A stretch of DNA of 64,000 nucleotides. Origin: a virus. The stretch is from positions 132,077-196,076 of the IMG/VR virus record IMGVR_UViG_3300045988_110853; one strand, written 5' to 3'. Position numbers and translations under genes: made by a program. The notes below the pieces were generated by a model that worked only from the letters and a program-made list of their open reading frames with translations, searched no databases and was not told where the DNA came from. This document shows, piece by piece, positions 12,401 to 24,555 of this stretch (position 1 is its first letter; each line of letters opens with the position of its first letter).

Positions 12401-13473
12401 ATATTATCACTATTAATTAAAGAACAAATAATTGGATATTTATCAAACCATTCTGATGGAATAAATCCTTTTTTATAATCTTTTACTTCAACTTTTGGAA
12501 TAATTTGTTTTCTTTCCAGTGAATAAAAAGAAATTTTATTTTGAATTTCTTGAGTATTGTCAAGAATCCAATTTACTAATTCTTTTCCTGTTTTATTACT
12601 TTTATCCCAATCATTAGCATAGGGTTCCATTAATTCAAAAATTTCATCACTTGTCATTAGATAAGTAAATTTATAGAAATCATCAACTTCTCTTTCTCCT
12701 GGTTTAGAAGTAAGATATGCTTTATGAATGGGTCTATCTTCTTTGGTTAAATAGTGCGCGTCTGTTCCAACTACCATTTTTAAATCAAATGCCTTAGCAA
12801 TTTGATAAATTTTATGATTTACCACTATTTGTTCGGCATCTGTAGAAGGCGCGCACTCAAGATAAAAATCTTCTTTTCCAAATACTTTAATACAAAAATT
12901 GATATAATCAATTATTTGATTGTAGTATTTAGTTTGAGTTTCAATATCTTTATTTAATTCAGCTTGAAACATTGGTAAAATACAACTACCAAGTTCTCCG
13001 CCAATACAAGCAGTTGTAGCTATAACGTGCCCTTTATATTGTTCCATTACCATTTCAAGTTCACTCTTTAAGGTAGGAACTCGCTCCATACGCCTATCGA
13101 CATAGCTATGAGTCCAAGCAATAGAACTCAATTCTCTTAATGCTTTATGTCCGATAGCATCTTTAGCGATAAGAATAAAATGGTAATATTTTTGTCCTCT
13201 ATCTCGTGTATCCGTAAGATAAATTTCATTTCCAAGAGCAATAGTAAAATTAGGATTTTCTTCTCTCAATTTTTTCGCAAATTGATTTACTTCCATATGC
13301 GCGGAAAGACATTCGTGGTCTGTAATTGTTATTCCTGATAATCCTAATTCTATTGCTTTATCAATTAGTGCTTGCGGTCTATTAATACAGTCTAGCAAGC
13401 GCAAATTTGAATACATTGTATGATTGTGAATCCCGAAATATGATCTCATTCGCACATTCCTTTCATCTTTCAT
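9460..13473 (-). CDS. dnaE: DNA polymerase III alpha subunit (DnaE-like family C polymerase), about 1337 aa, with one in-frame TAG at 11200-11202.
   Basis: Track ORFs 11200..13473 (PHP domain, GIHNHTMYS...ITDHECLSAHME) and 9460..11172 are in the same frame. They join as ...FDNEMKA[TAG]HLPQELIDKMHKHC.... The combined size matches DnaE. Confidence 0.85.
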
Positions 13474-13745
13474 TTATATTTATATAATACCATATTATTT
13501 AATAACAATCAAATGAAGAAATATAATTATCGCATACAGAACGAATATCTCTTAAAAAATTAGCAAAATCTTTTGATCGAGTTGATATTTTATTCATACT
13601 ATCACAAGCCATAGAATTTAGCCTATCTAATTCTGTATTTAAATTATAGGTAAAAAGTTCTAAATTAGAATTTAAATCCTAAGCCAAATCCGCGTCTTTA
13701 AGAAACATATTATTCTCAAGTATAGCATTAATACTTGAATTTAAA

Positions 13746-14390
13746 TTAGATGCATTTAACATTATCTTCTTCGTCTCCTTGAACTTTAAATTCAGTATCA
13801 TAAATACTATTAAATATATCTACAATAATATAAAAAAGACATCTTAAATGGGGTGGAATCCATTGAGGAGATAAACAAATAAATAGTTCATCAGGAGTAT
13901 CAATCGTTCCTAAATTACATTCTATAATAGGAGTAGAAGAAAAATTAAATTTTCTATCTTCTGGATAATTAGTTGAATCTTCATTTCTAATCCAAACATA
14001 ATTTTCTAATTTTCCTTCTTCAGACAAATACTTCACCCAATTTCCGCAATTTAAATTCTCAATTTTATCTTCAATGTCTTTGTCTGTATAAGCAATATCA
14101 TGATGATGATCTATATTAATTAAAGATATGGTATCATCTATATTTTTATCAATATAAGTAGCAATCATTTCATGCGAAGCAATAAAATGAATGTTCTCTT
14201 TTTTCATACTTTTACTTAATTTTAATAAAAGTTGTAAAACCCTTTTAAAATGAATATAATCAGGTTTAGCAAATTTTAAAATTTCAAAATGAGAACATAA
14301 TGCTTCCCAATCATCAGTTGAATAATTGTTATAAAGTTGAATACAAGGAGACATTATAATATCAAAATCTATTGATAATATTTTTTTCAT
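13746..14390 (-). CDS. Hypothetical protein (214 aa).
   Basis: Track ORF; TAA-delimited. Confidence 0.35.
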   Translation of the reverse strand: MKKILSIDFDIIMSPCIQLYNNYSTDDWEALCSHFEILKFAKPDYIHFKRVLQLLLKLSKSMKKENIHFIASHEMIATYIDKNIDDTISLINIDHHHDIAYTDKDIEDKIENLNCGNWVKYLSEEGKLENYVWIRNEDSTNYPEDRKFNFSSTPIIECNLGTIDTPDELFICLSPQWIPPHLRCLFYIIVDIFNSIYDTEFKVQGDEEDNVKCI

Positions 14391-14393
14391 TTA

Positions 14394-15587
14394 TTACTTC
14401 CTTATAATTACTAGTTTATCACTGGCTCTTGTTGCCATAGTATATAAATATTTTTTATGTTCTTCTTTATCAAAGGGATGATTTTCCTCAAATCCCAATA
14501 CTTTTCCATATTCACTACCTTGAGCTTTCCAACAAGTAATAGCATAAGCATAGGAAAAATCAAGTGGAGGATCAAGGCATTGTTTATTATTTCTTAATTG
14601 ATAACACTAACTACCTGTAAGAGTTCCCTCTCCGGTGATAAGTTGTTTATAATCAATTGGAGTTCCACAAAATTTATCTCCATCACTTAAAACAATTTGA
14701 GTAAACATATAAGTAATAGGAACTTCTGAAATATAATAAGGAACTCGAATATCTTCTGTATAAAAATCTTCAATAGTTCCAACAGTGCCATTAGTTAAAG
14801 CCCATACTCGTTTTTCAGACATAAAATCCCAGTTATTGTGTAATCCAATAATTTTATCTCCAATTTGGGGAACGTCAGGATTAAAACCTTTTCTTTCTCG
14901 AACAAGATTATTTATCTTAGTTCTTGTAGCATTTTTAGCACAAATAATCTAATCAGCCCAATCATACATTTCAGGTATAACTTGACTTTTATCATATACT
15001 CTTACTTGTTTTCCTTCAGGACGATAAGAAATTAAAGATTTACCTTCTCTAATCCACATTGAAAAACGAATAATTTCACTATCTTGCGCTTGACGCATAA
15101 TTTCATCAAGAAAAATGTGTGGTTTATCTAATACATGATTATTTTCATTAGGATCTACAGGTGGCAATTGACCGGGATCTCCAGCCGCGATAATATAAAT
15201 ACCGTGAGTTAACATTAGATCCCATAATTTCTTAGGCAACATTGACACTTCATCAACAACGATTACTTTATACTGCGCCAATTCACTATTATCTCTTGGG
15301 AAGAATTTAAAAGTTCCATTAGCCATCATTTTGGCTTTATATAAGAGTTTGTGCGCGGTCGTAGCATTAGGGCATCCTTTCTGTTGTAGCACGGTCGCGG
15401 CCTTACCTGTAAATGCGACATAACAAACTTCTTCTTCTGGATCAACATCAAGGGCAGAAATAATAAATTTAATTAAAGTGCTTTTTCCACTTCCCGCATA
15501 TCCTGCTATACAAGTCCAACGTTCTCGAGCGTAATAGCGCTCAACCGCAATTTTTAATCCTTCTTCTTGTTTACGAGTTAATTCCAT
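14394..15587 (-). CDS. SF1 DNA helicase (Dda/RecD-like), 397 aa; 2 in-frame TAGs at 14949 and 14607.
   Basis: Walker A GYAGSGKST, Walker B VVDEVSM, and GDPGQLPPV. After read-through of two TAGs the C-terminal motif AITCWKAQGSEYGKV (helicase motif VI type) appears; TAA at 14394. Confidence 0.75.
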
Positions 15588-15792
15588 TATAACACTCTCC
15601 AGGATTTAATCTATAATATTTATCTTTATCTACAATAAAATAATCACAAGCCCATTTTAATGTTCCATAAACGCCAGTAGTATGTCTATCTATATTATCT
15701 AATTTAGAGATTAATTCTTGGGCTTTATTATAATAACTACAATTTTCATAATTAGAACAATAATTACATTGCTCTTTCCAGTAAATCCACAT
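15571..15792 (-). CDS. Hypothetical Cys-rich small protein.
   Basis: Track ORF; Cys/Tyr-rich. Confidence 0.3.
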   Translation of the reverse strand: MWIYWKEQCNYCSNYENCSYYNKAQELISKLDNIDRHTTGVYGTLKWACDYFIVDKDKYYRLNPGECYNGINS

Positions 15793-16070
15793 TAATCATG
15801 CTCTCCAATTGCTTCACTAAGAATTTGATAGAAACGCATACAATCTCTTTCATAAAGGTCTCTAGCTGCACTTTCAGCTTCTTTTTTAGAATATCCTCTA
15901 CTATTAATATACATTTCAATATCTTCCTTCATAGCTTTATAGCGGGCTAATTGGTATCTATAGCAAAGACTATCATACATATAGCCTTTAGTATGTTTTT
16001 CTCTTTCATTAAAAAATTCTAAACTATTATCGTATTTATGAGCTTTATCTATCATTTCTTTTAAATCCAT
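15792..16070 (-). CDS. Hypothetical protein (92 aa).
   Basis: Track ORF preceded by the promoter motif. Confidence 0.35.
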   Translation of the reverse strand: MDLKEMIDKAHKYDNSLEFFNEREKHTKGYMYDSLCYRYQLARYKAMKEDIEMYINSRGYSKKEAESAARDLYERDCMRFYQILSEAIGEHD

Positions 16071-16133
16071 AATGTTTTTCTTCTTTCTTCATTTATATTT
16101 ATATAATACCATATTTTAATTATTTAGTCAAAT

Positions 16134-16577
16134 TTAGAATATAATAAATTCTTTGTCTGTATTATCTGCTTCAATTGTTATAGGAGGCCCAAAAGAGATA
16201 GTTTCTGTATGCGGATTAGATTCAGAAAAAATTTCAGATTTAAGTTTTTCCCCAAAAATTTCTAAATCACTTTTTTCATTTGACTTGTCGGTTTCTTCGT
16301 CTGTTCCCGGTTCGGGCCAGTATCCTTCTTCTTTATAACCGGTAGTGGAAGCTTTAATCCATATGTCTGCTAATTTATTTAATACATCAAATAATTTTTC
16401 TTCGGAAGAAATTCCTAACTTAGCCAATTGATTATTTATTTCATCATTAGCTTTTTCGTATTCATAATTATAAGATGCTAAAGTTCTTGAAAGCTTTTTA
16501 AGGGCTTCTCCACTTTCCTATGGACTTGATTGCCATATCATATTGATATCATCATCATAATAATTAAGTTTTTCCAT
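16134..16577 (-). CDS. Hypothetical acidic protein (147 aa) with one in-frame TAG at 16518.
   Basis: The track ORF 16134..16427 begins at an alternative TTG; the frame continues upstream through a TAG to ATG at 16575. Confidence 0.4.
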
Positions 16578-16600
16578 AATTTACTCCATAAATGAAAATA

Positions 16601-16636
16601 ATGGCTATATGAAGAAATAAATCTTCATATAGCCAT
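16601..16636 (-). terminator. Hairpin terminator downstream of gene 16641..17480.
   Basis: Perfect repeat atggctatatgaagaa / tcttcatatagccat. Confidence 0.55.
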
Positions 16637-16640
16637 AAAA

Positions 16641-17480
16641 TTAATTAATAAAATAATTATAAGCAATGGTCGCATTCTTTTGTCTTTGATTTAAAGAACT
16701 TGACCCGCAACGCTCATAACATTTCGCAAATGCTTTCGCAACTTCTTTTTCGTCATTTAAATTTAAAAAAGAATTAAAATTAAATCCTCTTTTATATGAA
16801 GAACCAAAAGTATTAAATTCATATTCAATAGTATTTATTAAGAATTCACATTGTGAATCTAAATTAGAATACCAAACACTTGGATATCCTTTACTCCATT
16901 GGCAAATTCCATAATAATATTTATTAGAAGCAGTTGGCTGTAAGGATAAAGTATGTCCGCCACATTCCGCCATCATATTACCTAAAATGCCAGCGCAAAC
17001 CGCGTCATTCCAACCTTGGTCTTTCATATAAAGCCAAATTTCTGTTGCTACTGGATAGGTAGATAATTTATCATTCCATTGAGAATTAATTTCATTTAAA
17101 CGATTTTGATAAATTTCTAAATATTCATTAGCAGTTTCATATTCTTTTTTAGCAAATTCAATAATAGGATGATTTTCATCATATCCTAGTGCTCTTGTTG
17201 CTTCGGCTAAGTCATGAGCGCTATTTACAATCTCTTGATATTCTTGGATCAGAGATTTAAGTTCTTTACGATTAACTGTATCGCTAATTTCTCTACTCAT
17301 AGGCTCCATATCAGCAGTTTCTTCTGTTAAGAAATTATATACAGTTGATGATTCAGAAGGGATGTAAGCTTCCGAAAAAGTAGCAATTTCGCTATAATTT
17401 AAAGCAAGAGCAGATGTTTGTAAAATAAAAATTAGTATAAAACAAATAATACTTCCTGCTAAAATCTTATATCTTTTCAT
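16641..17480 (-). CDS. Secreted lysozyme-like peptidoglycan hydrolase (phage tail-tip-lysozyme-like domain) with a signal peptide.
   Basis: N-terminal signal peptide MKRYKILAGSIICFILIFILQTSALA; motif GILGNMMAECGG...YYYGICQW, typical of the phage tail lysozyme family. Confidence 0.5.
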   Translation of the reverse strand: MKRYKILAGSIICFILIFILQTSALALNYSEIATFSEAYIPSESSTVYNFLTEETADMEPMSREISDTVNRKELKSLIQEYQEIVNSAHDLAEATRALGYDENHPIIEFAKKEYETANEYLEIYQNRLNEINSQWNDKLSTYPVATEIWLYMKDQGWNDAVCAGILGNMMAECGGHTLSLQPTASNKYYYGICQWSKGYPSVWYSNLDSQCEFLINTIEYEFNTFGSSYKRGFNFNSFLNLNDEKEVAKAFAKCYERCGSSSLNQRQKNATIAYNYFIN

Positions 17481-17653
17481 AAATGATTTCCTCCTAATAG
17501 GTTTTTTAAGTCTATTAGTCGTAGTGTCAATTATTAAAAATAATAAGCAGCCCTATCTACAATTTCGTAATCTTCTATAATAATCTAAGGACTAATATTA
17601 TTATTCCATATATTTCGTTCGCATTTACCAACGATATTAATTGTCACATAACC

Positions 17654-19282
17654 CTATTCAGAATACAATTTCTCGTATTCCTCCTCGGACGACTTAAACT
17701 TGATTAAACTGATGCCATCAGGCATAGTTATCTTCAAGGTAGGATTTTTATCTTTTGACATTAAAGTTAAGTTATTAGACGCAACTTTTATTCCTTCAAC
17801 GGCAATAGATGCTTCTTCTACCCCTTGGCCCCAAAGTGGTTTAAGTTGAGCGATATCAATAATATCTTTTCCAACTAAATCATTAGTGTGATAAATAAAA
17901 TCAACACTGTAAATTGGGGTGAAATCAAAATCTCGTAAAGCAGAATTCGCATATTCGATAAATTTATCAAAATTTTCATCAATAATACCAAATCCAAAAG
18001 CATTAGGGTGTCCCTCTGCATACATAATTAAATTTGATTTTTGACAAAATTCTCTAAAGTCCTTAAGTGCGGATTTGTCGTATCCTCTGCCGGAGCCTTC
18101 CCAACAAATTTGTTGAGTCTTTTCGTCTATTGTTTTATTAAGAATTAAAACAGGACGTTGATATTTACTCATTAATTGATTAGCTATTAAACCAGTCAAA
18201 TTTTTATCAGCAGCAAATCCATCTAACTTAATTCCTAAGATTTTATTACTTAAAAGATTTTGATTTGCGATTATCTATTCAATTTTTTCCAAGCTAGTGT
18301 CTCTGATTTTAGTTTGCCTATTCTTGATATTAGTACAATTACGACAAGCTTGTTCTACTCTCGTCTCTGCTTGACCTTTACATCCACGCTTTGTTGAAGG
18401 GACAAGTTCGTATCCCTTAAAATCAAGCATTGATTCGAATAGCATGAGCTTTTCTTCTTGCGTCCCAACACGAGTAGTTGCATTAACTAAAGGAGCAATA
18501 TAGAAAGCTACTCCAATAGGCGTAATCTCATTATTAAAATGAAACTAATCTCTATTGATTATGCCTCTGAAGTAAGGATTGGTGATTTGTTGTAAGCCTT
18601 TATTAATTAAATGTTTTGTTTCAAAATCACGCATATCCATCATGTCAGCCACCATTCCAAGAGCAACTAAATCTAATATATGATCCGCATAATGAACGTT
18701 CATAAGTTCATCAATATAACAACAAAACTTATAAACCATTCCTACGCCAGATAAAGATTTAGTTGGATAATCACATAATTGATTGTTAATAATACAAGCA
18801 TACTATGATATTTTATCAGCTTCATGGTGGTCTATTACCAACACGTCAATACCATTTTTATATAAATATTCATGTTCTAAATAATCATTTGATGAAGAAT
18901 CTGGAGCTATTACTAATTTAATATCTTTATCAATACTATCTGGTATAATTCCGTGTTGTTTTCCTGCATGGACACGATAAAAAATATTGTTTAGCACAAA
19001 CGCAGGAAAAAGACAGTATAGGTAATTCATGAGAGCGGCCGCCGAAGTGTAGCCATCACAATCACTATCTACCTATATAAGAACTTTGTCATTTTGTGCT
19101 ATATGTTTGACGAGCATTTTTGCGCCACTTTCTATTCTATCAATAGTTGCTGGCTCTATAATGTCATCATCAGTGGTATTAAGATAATGAGAAATATCTT
19201 GTAATTTAATTCCTCTATTGGTTAGCACCTGTTCGACCGCCGAATACTGCGGGATGCGAGGAGCTTTTAGTTGATAGTCCAT
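17654..19282 (-). CDS. RecJ-like DHH/DHHA1 phosphoesterase (ssDNA exonuclease-like), 542 aa, with 4 in-frame TAGs at 19073, 18803, 18545 and 18275.
   Basis: Four same-frame track ORFs join without other stops. Motifs VDSDCDGYTSAA (DHH motif I/II), VLVIDHHE (DHH motif) and AEGHPNAFGFGI (DHHA1 GGH-like). Confidence 0.75.
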
Positions 19283-19351
19283 AGGCTATTCAACCTCCTT
19301 TCATAATACCACCACTATTATTTAAAAATTTCTATAATTTACTTATTCATA

Positions 19352-19669
19352 TCAGTCCTCTCCTACTGGATCACCATAATAATGATAAGCAGTATAAGGA
19401 AGGGCTCTTGTGCATGGAAAAATAATAGTTTCAATAACTGAAAGAGGGGTTTGACGAGAAATATAAGAAATATTACACTTATGGCCTCTGGCATTTTCAG
19501 TAGAAATAACTACTTTCCAGTAATCTTCATTTTCAAAAACTATAGAATAACGATTGATAGATTTATTTTTTTCTATTGGTTTTATACCCATTGCTTTATA
19601 TTGTTCTTCAATTCTTTCTAATTGTTCAGTTCCTTCAATGAAAGTATTACACCAGACAATACCTGTCAT
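19352..19669 (-). CDS. Hypothetical protein (105 aa).
   Basis: Track ORF; TGA stop. Confidence 0.35.
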   Translation of the reverse strand: MTGIVWCNTFIEGTEQLERIEEQYKAMGIKPIEKNKSINRYSIVFENEDYWKVVISTENARGHKCNISYISRQTPLSVIETIIFPCTRALPYTAYHYYGDPVGED

Positions 19670-19956
19670 AAACCCCTCTCTCCCATCTTATGCCCTAATG
19701 GACAAATATGAAAAAGAACAGGAATTTCCATTTCCGTATATCCTTTTTCTAAATCTCCATTATACCTAATTACTTTTCGAGTTTCAATTCCGCTTGAAAT
19801 ACAATTACTGGTTTTATCATAATATTTATTACATTTATCGCAATAAATACAACTTCGGAGCAAACTATCTCTTTGTTTTTTTAATCCTTCAATTTGCGCA
19901 CTCAATGAAATAATTGTATCATTTATAGAAATAGGAATATCATAATCATCATTCAT
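19666..19956 (-). CDS. Hypothetical zinc-ribbon protein.
   Basis: CIYCDKC...C...HICPLGH. Confidence 0.35.
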   Translation of the reverse strand: MNDDYDIPISINDTIISLSAQIEGLKKQRDSLLRSCIYCDKCNKYYDKTSNCISSGIETRKVIRYNGDLEKGYTEMEIPVLFHICPLGHKMGERGL

Positions 19957-21056
19957 ATAAATATCCTTTCCTTATATAATTGTAAAAATTTTTCTTTACC
20001 ATCATCAATTGGTGAATCTTTGTATTTTGTAATCATATTTTTATCAAAAATAAAAGATATAAGCACATCATTTTTAAATTTAGTTCTAATCTTTAAAAGA
20101 TTTAATTTTAAGTGTTGAAATTCCGCGTCTCCAATTTCTTGGAATTGTCTATCAAAAGCAATTATAATTTCTTGCGCGCCACTATCTAATAATAATTGAA
20201 TTTGATGCGAAGAAACATTACTTCCGCAACAAGCTACTGATATATTGTTATTCCAACCGAAATTAGTAGCATATTTCAATACTGATTTTTCACTTTCAAA
20301 AATTATTGCTTTTTTCATTATGCCAATGGCATTTTTAGACCAATTTAATCCATATAAGTTCATTCCAAGAGGGTGATTATATAGTTGATTATTTATTTTC
20401 ATTGGTCTATATTTACCATATAATTCAGCTTCATCTTTACACATAGTGCGGCCGCGCAAACCGACAAATCTTCCGTTAATATCATAATGAGGAATTGTAA
20501 TTTGGTCTGCTCCTGGATAAAAACCAATATGAGCTTTATTAATTGTTTCTTGAGAAATTCCTTCATTAAGCCAAGGAATTATTTTGATATTATAATTTAA
20601 TCTATCCAGAATAGAGTCATCATAATCTTTTAAAATAACTTTATTATCTTTTAATTCAATTTCTTGAATACGAGAATAATTCGATAAAATTTTCCAGTCT
20701 TCTAATGTTTTACCCATATCGTCATCTTTTATCATACCTGATAAACCAAAACGACGAGCAACCCATAAAACTGAATCATTTAAATCAAATTCTTCATCAT
20801 ACTGAATTTTCATTACTTTAGAGCATAATTCAAAAATATCAAATGCAGAATCGCATCCAGTGTAGCATCTAAATAATCCAGTATTTTCATAGAAATAAAG
20901 TTTTCTACTACCTTCTCCAGGAGGATTATGACAAATAGTGGAAGAGAGAATCCCGAATTCTGTATATTCAGGATCTCCGCCCCATTCAATTAATAAATCA
21001 TAAATATTTTCAAGCCCAAGAGCTTGACGAATTTCTGATTTATCAAATACTATCAT
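19953..21056 (-). CDS. DnaG-like DNA primase (zinc-binding N-terminus plus TOPRIM).
   Basis: N-terminal Cys/His cluster CHNPPGEGSRKLYFYENTGLFRCYTGC; TOPRIM-like EIIIAFDRQ; lies next to the replicative helicase gene. Confidence 0.6.
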   Translation of the reverse strand: MIVFDKSEIRQALGLENIYDLLIEWGGDPEYTEFGILSSTICHNPPGEGSRKLYFYENTGLFRCYTGCDSAFDIFELCSKVMKIQYDEEFDLNDSVLWVARRFGLSGMIKDDDMGKTLEDWKILSNYSRIQEIELKDNKVILKDYDDSILDRLNYNIKIIPWLNEGISQETINKAHIGFYPGADQITIPHYDINGRFVGLRGRTMCKDEAELYGKYRPMKINNQLYNHPLGMNLYGLNWSKNAIGIMKKAIIFESEKSVLKYATNFGWNNNISVACCGSNVSSHQIQLLLDSGAQEIIIAFDRQFQEIGDAEFQHLKLNLLKIRTKFKNDVLISFIFDKNMITKYKDSPIDDGKEKFLQLYKERIFI

Positions 21057-21225
21057 AAGTAATTACTTTAGAACAATTTCTCATAAGTCCACACTGTTCA
21101 TTAACATAATGAATAAGCATTTCTTGCGGACGAAGCTTTGCCAAACGAGGAATAGTCTTATAAGTACGAATAATTTCCTTAGCCATTCTATTACTCATTT
21201 TGTATTCAATATTACCACTCTTCAT
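21043..21225 (-). CDS. Hypothetical small protein.
   Basis: Track ORF. Confidence 0.25.
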   Translation of the reverse strand: MKSGNIEYKMSNRMAKEIIRTYKTIPRLAKLRPQEMLIHYVNEQCGLMRNCSKVITYDSI

Positions 21226-21242
21226 ATTTTTTCTCCTTAATT

Positions 21243-22775
21243 TTAAAAAGCACTTTCCTCTTCAAGAGTAATTTTTATATCATCAATAGGAACAAGTTCA
21301 TAAGCATATGTCGTACAAAACATAGGCGTAATTCTACAAGTTCCTAAATCTGCCTTACACCATAAAATAACTCCTTTATATCTACCACGTCTATTTTTAT
21401 AAACAGACATTTTAATAGTTGGAGTATCAAATAATTTAGTATTTAATATCTTTTCTAATGAAACCAAATCATCATCTTGAACGTTTAAAAGGATTGACCC
21501 ATAGTCCACTTTATCTGCGATAGATTTTGCGCCGCGCAAAAGATTTTGGTCTGGTGTTTTAGAATCAACATAATCACCATTTAACTGAGTTGCTGACATA
21601 ATAAAAACACCGTATTGATTACAAATATCTTTTAATTTATTAGACAACATAAAAAGAATATTATCTTCACGAAGTTTTACTCCACCACTACGACGAGTAA
21701 TCTCTTCAAGAATCTTCATACTTGTATGAATATAATCGTGAAAAATATACTTTACATCATGATCGCGGATACCTTTTTTAATTTCATTTTCGACGTCTTG
21801 TAATGAGAAATCAGGCAACTCACGAATATATAATGGACTGTCTTTAAGAATTTTCGCGGCTTCTATTACACGCTCTTTCTCATTTCCTTCATACTCATTA
21901 TAAATGATATGTTCTTCATTTACATTAGAAAGAAAAGCAAGCATCATCGTCTGAATTTCATTTTTATCTTGCTCTGTTGTGATATATAATACTGGTTCTT
22001 GAATTCCATTTTTAATCCAAGTTCCAAAAGTATCATCATATATTTTATTACAAGCAATATAGCACGAATCCGCAATCATAGAACGAGTTTTACCTACACC
22101 AGTTGCCGCAGACCGCAAATAAAATTTTTTAAGTCTTGCTCCACGAGTAACTGTATTGATTAGTGGCCCATATAGAGGGCTTCCTGCTATTGGATGTTGT
22201 TCTAAATCATCGAGTAATTCAAAAATTCCGTCGCCTGCTTGAACGGCGATTCCTTCTACATCATTTACATATTCATATTTGATTTGTTCTATACGGTCAT
22301 CAATTAATTGCGCGATATGCTCTAATGAAGAATTATCAAGATTATCTTCTTGTAATTGCTTTTTTTCAGTATCTAAAATATTATCAGGGTCATAAATAAA
22401 AGAAACATCTATGCCATATCTATCATAAGCACGAAGTAAAGACATTTTCTTTAAGCGACCATAATAGTAATCAAATGATAAAGGTTTTGCGTTTTCAGAT
22501 ACTTTTAATAGCCATTCTTCACCCTTATTAACTTTAAAAGTCGCTTCATATTTAGGACGAGAAGAAAGAAAATCACTAATATTTTCTAATGTGATTTTCT
22601 AAGCACCTAATTCATGAATTTTATAAATTGCTCCAAAGACAATTCTATGAAATTCATCAGTGAAATCTTCATCAGTTATTGTATATCTATCAGTAAAATC
22701 CAAAAGTTGAGGAGTATTATATACACATCCTATAACTTGCGTAATTGCGGTTGGATCTACATATTTACTCGGCAT
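21243..22775 (-). CDS. DnaB-like replicative helicase, about 510 aa, with one in-frame TAG at 22599-22601.
   Basis: Track ORF 21243..22445 holds the Walker A (SAATGVGKTRS) RecA-like domain. In the same frame upstream, through one TAG, is a DnaB N-terminal-domain-like region (TQVIGCVYNTPQLLDF...FHRIVFGAIYKLHELGA.KITLENISDFL) starting at ATG 22773-22775. Confidence 0.7.
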
Positions 22776-22785
22776 TTAACTCCTC

Positions 22786-23076
22786 CTATTCATCTAAAAA
22801 TGTAAAAACTGATCTTTTTCGAGGTTCTTTTTTAGGAATAGGAATTTTTATTTCCTTTAATTTAGGAACGTAATCAATAACATTTTTATCTTTATTAGAT
22901 TGTTGAATCATCCAAAGATTATAATAATAATTGTAAGCGTCTTTGTAAATAAAAGGTATAATACCAATTCCACCATTAGCTTTATTTTTATCATGTCCTT
23001 TAACTTCATAAAAATAAACCAAGGCTTTTAACATTCCAGAATATGTATATTGATATTCTTTAATATAATCATTCAT
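22786..23076 (-). CDS. Hypothetical protein. The frame stays open upstream to about 23346 through one TAG, giving a Cys/His-rich N-terminal extension without an obvious ATG, so the start is uncertain.
   Basis: Track ORF plus manual translation. Confidence 0.3.
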   Translation of the reverse strand: MNDYIKEYQYTYSGMLKALVYFYEVKGHDKNKANGGIGIIPFIYKDAYNYYYNLWMIQQSNKDKNVIDYVPKLKEIKIPIPKKEPRKRSVFTFLDE

Positions 23077-23390
23077 TTGCTTGCGGACGCGAGCGTTGAT
23101 ATATGATTCACCTAATAAATTTTTTACATATTCTTCAAATTTTTCTTTATCTAAATCTTCTTTTGTTTTTACTTTTTCGGGCGGATTATGAACTTGTAAA
23201 GGAGTGTCTTCATTTTCAGCCTATTTAGCACATTCAGGATGAGCGTATCTTCGAGATTTTACTTGAACGTAAGGAAACTTATCTCTATCAAAAGTTTGCT
23301 GACAATAAATACATTTAACTTTATGTATATAAATTACTCCTTTCCATTACTTTATATAAATATTATACAATATTTTTAAATAAAAGTCAA

Positions 23391-23416
23391 ACCGGAGCGA
23401 CTTTTATCACTCCGGT
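23391..23416 (-). terminator. Hairpin terminator.
   Basis: ccggagcga...tcactccgg inverted repeat. Confidence 0.4.
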
Positions 23417-23433
23417 TATAAATTATATCTTAT

Positions 23434-24429
23434 TTACTTATTCCCCATTTGAGGAAGAAGATCATCTTTAATTTCACCAACAATTAAAGATACAAATTCT
23501 GCCTGTTCGGGAGTGGCATCAGAAATTTTCTTACCCTTACCCAAATATTTGTCAATAATCTGAGTAATACGAGGACCAAAGAATCCAGGGTTCTTATTCA
23601 TCATATCCCCAGCAAGATTTTGGAATTCTGCCATAAGCGCTTCATAATCATAAGTAGGAGCTTCGGGAGCGACTGTCATCTTTTCATCGGTGACAAATTT
23701 ACCACCATTATCTGCGGCTTCTTTGTCAATAGCCTCATGAATAGCATTAATAAGGCTATCATAATTCATAGGAATTTCGCTTTCAATATACTTAAAGCGG
23801 CCGCCGCAGTCAATAAGATCATTACCAGAACGAAGAGTTAAAACAGACATTTGACCTGCGGACTTTTGGTGAGCGTATCCATAAACATCAGCCATACCAG
23901 TAATAATAGTGCGAGTAGACTGAGAAAGATTAGGTCTTACTGCGACAACTTCGGTTCCATCAGGACGAGTAACAGTTTGTTCCTTTTCATGTCCAATGAA
24001 AAAGACTGCATATCCAAGACGAGTCAAACCTCTGAAAACTTCATTAAATTCATCCTTAAACTTAGACCAGCCTTTACCATACCCAAGATCTCCAAGGGAT
24101 TCAATCTGATTTTGATTACAAATATACTTTTCACAGTATTTTGCAGCTTCATCAATAGTATCTACAATAATAGCACTATACATTGCCTTTACTTCTGGAC
24201 GCTTCAAATCACGGTATACCTGCTTCATTTCAGCCCAAGAAGTAATATCCGCGGCCATAACTCCGGGAAGACAGTTATAGCCTTGCTCGAAAGCTAAAAG
24301 CAAAGAATTAGGCATTTGAGTTGCCAAAGTAGTCTTGCCGGTCTTAGGCTTACCATAAATAAAAGTAATATAACCAGAAAGGTCTTTACTTACTTTGTGA
24401 GGTTGAATTTTAGTTAAATCAATAGCCAT
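23434..24429 (-). CDS. Sak4-like RecA-family ATPase (phage recombination/annealing-associated AAA).
   Basis: Walker A GKPKTGKTT; short RecA-like core typical of phage Sak4/AAA_24 proteins; GC-richer than its surroundings. Confidence 0.6.
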   Translation of the reverse strand: MAIDLTKIQPHKVSKDLSGYITFIYGKPKTGKTTLATQMPNSLLLAFEQGYNCLPGVMAADITSWAEMKQVYRDLKRPEVKAMYSAIIVDTIDEAAKYCEKYICNQNQIESLGDLGYGKGWSKFKDEFNEVFRGLTRLGYAVFFIGHEKEQTVTRPDGTEVVAVRPNLSQSTRTIITGMADVYGYAHQKSAGQMSVLTLRSGNDLIDCGGRFKYIESEIPMNYDSLINAIHEAIDKEAADNGGKFVTDEKMTVAPEAPTYDYEALMAEFQNLAGDMMNKNPGFFGPRITQIIDKYLGKGKKISDATPEQAEFVSLIVGEIKDDLLPQMGNK

Positions 24430-24530
24430 TGTGTTATTTCTCCTTATTATTTTTTATCATTATTTCTTTAAGAACTTCTTCAAGTATTTCTTTTAAATTT
24501 GGTATATAAGAATCATCATCATATAAATTA

Positions 24531-24555
24531 ACTTTAGAACGATGGCCTCTTATTA
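24531..24555 (-). terminator. Perfect 12-bp hairpin terminator.
   Basis: gatggcctctta / ttaagaggccatc flanked by T runs. Confidence 0.6.

Noticed and set aside
9460-13473. Possibility that the TAG-split ORF pairs (DnaE, NrdD and others) are pseudogenes or sequencing errors.
   Set aside because: Every split is an exact in-frame TAG with no indels; the pattern recurs in more than 10 essential genes while TAA and TGA still terminate, which fits code reassignment, not decay.
21243-22445. Considered calling this P-loop protein a terminase large subunit.
   Set aside because: It has a DnaB-type N-terminal domain (found after TAG read-through), lacks the C-terminal nuclease, and sits between primase and replication genes.
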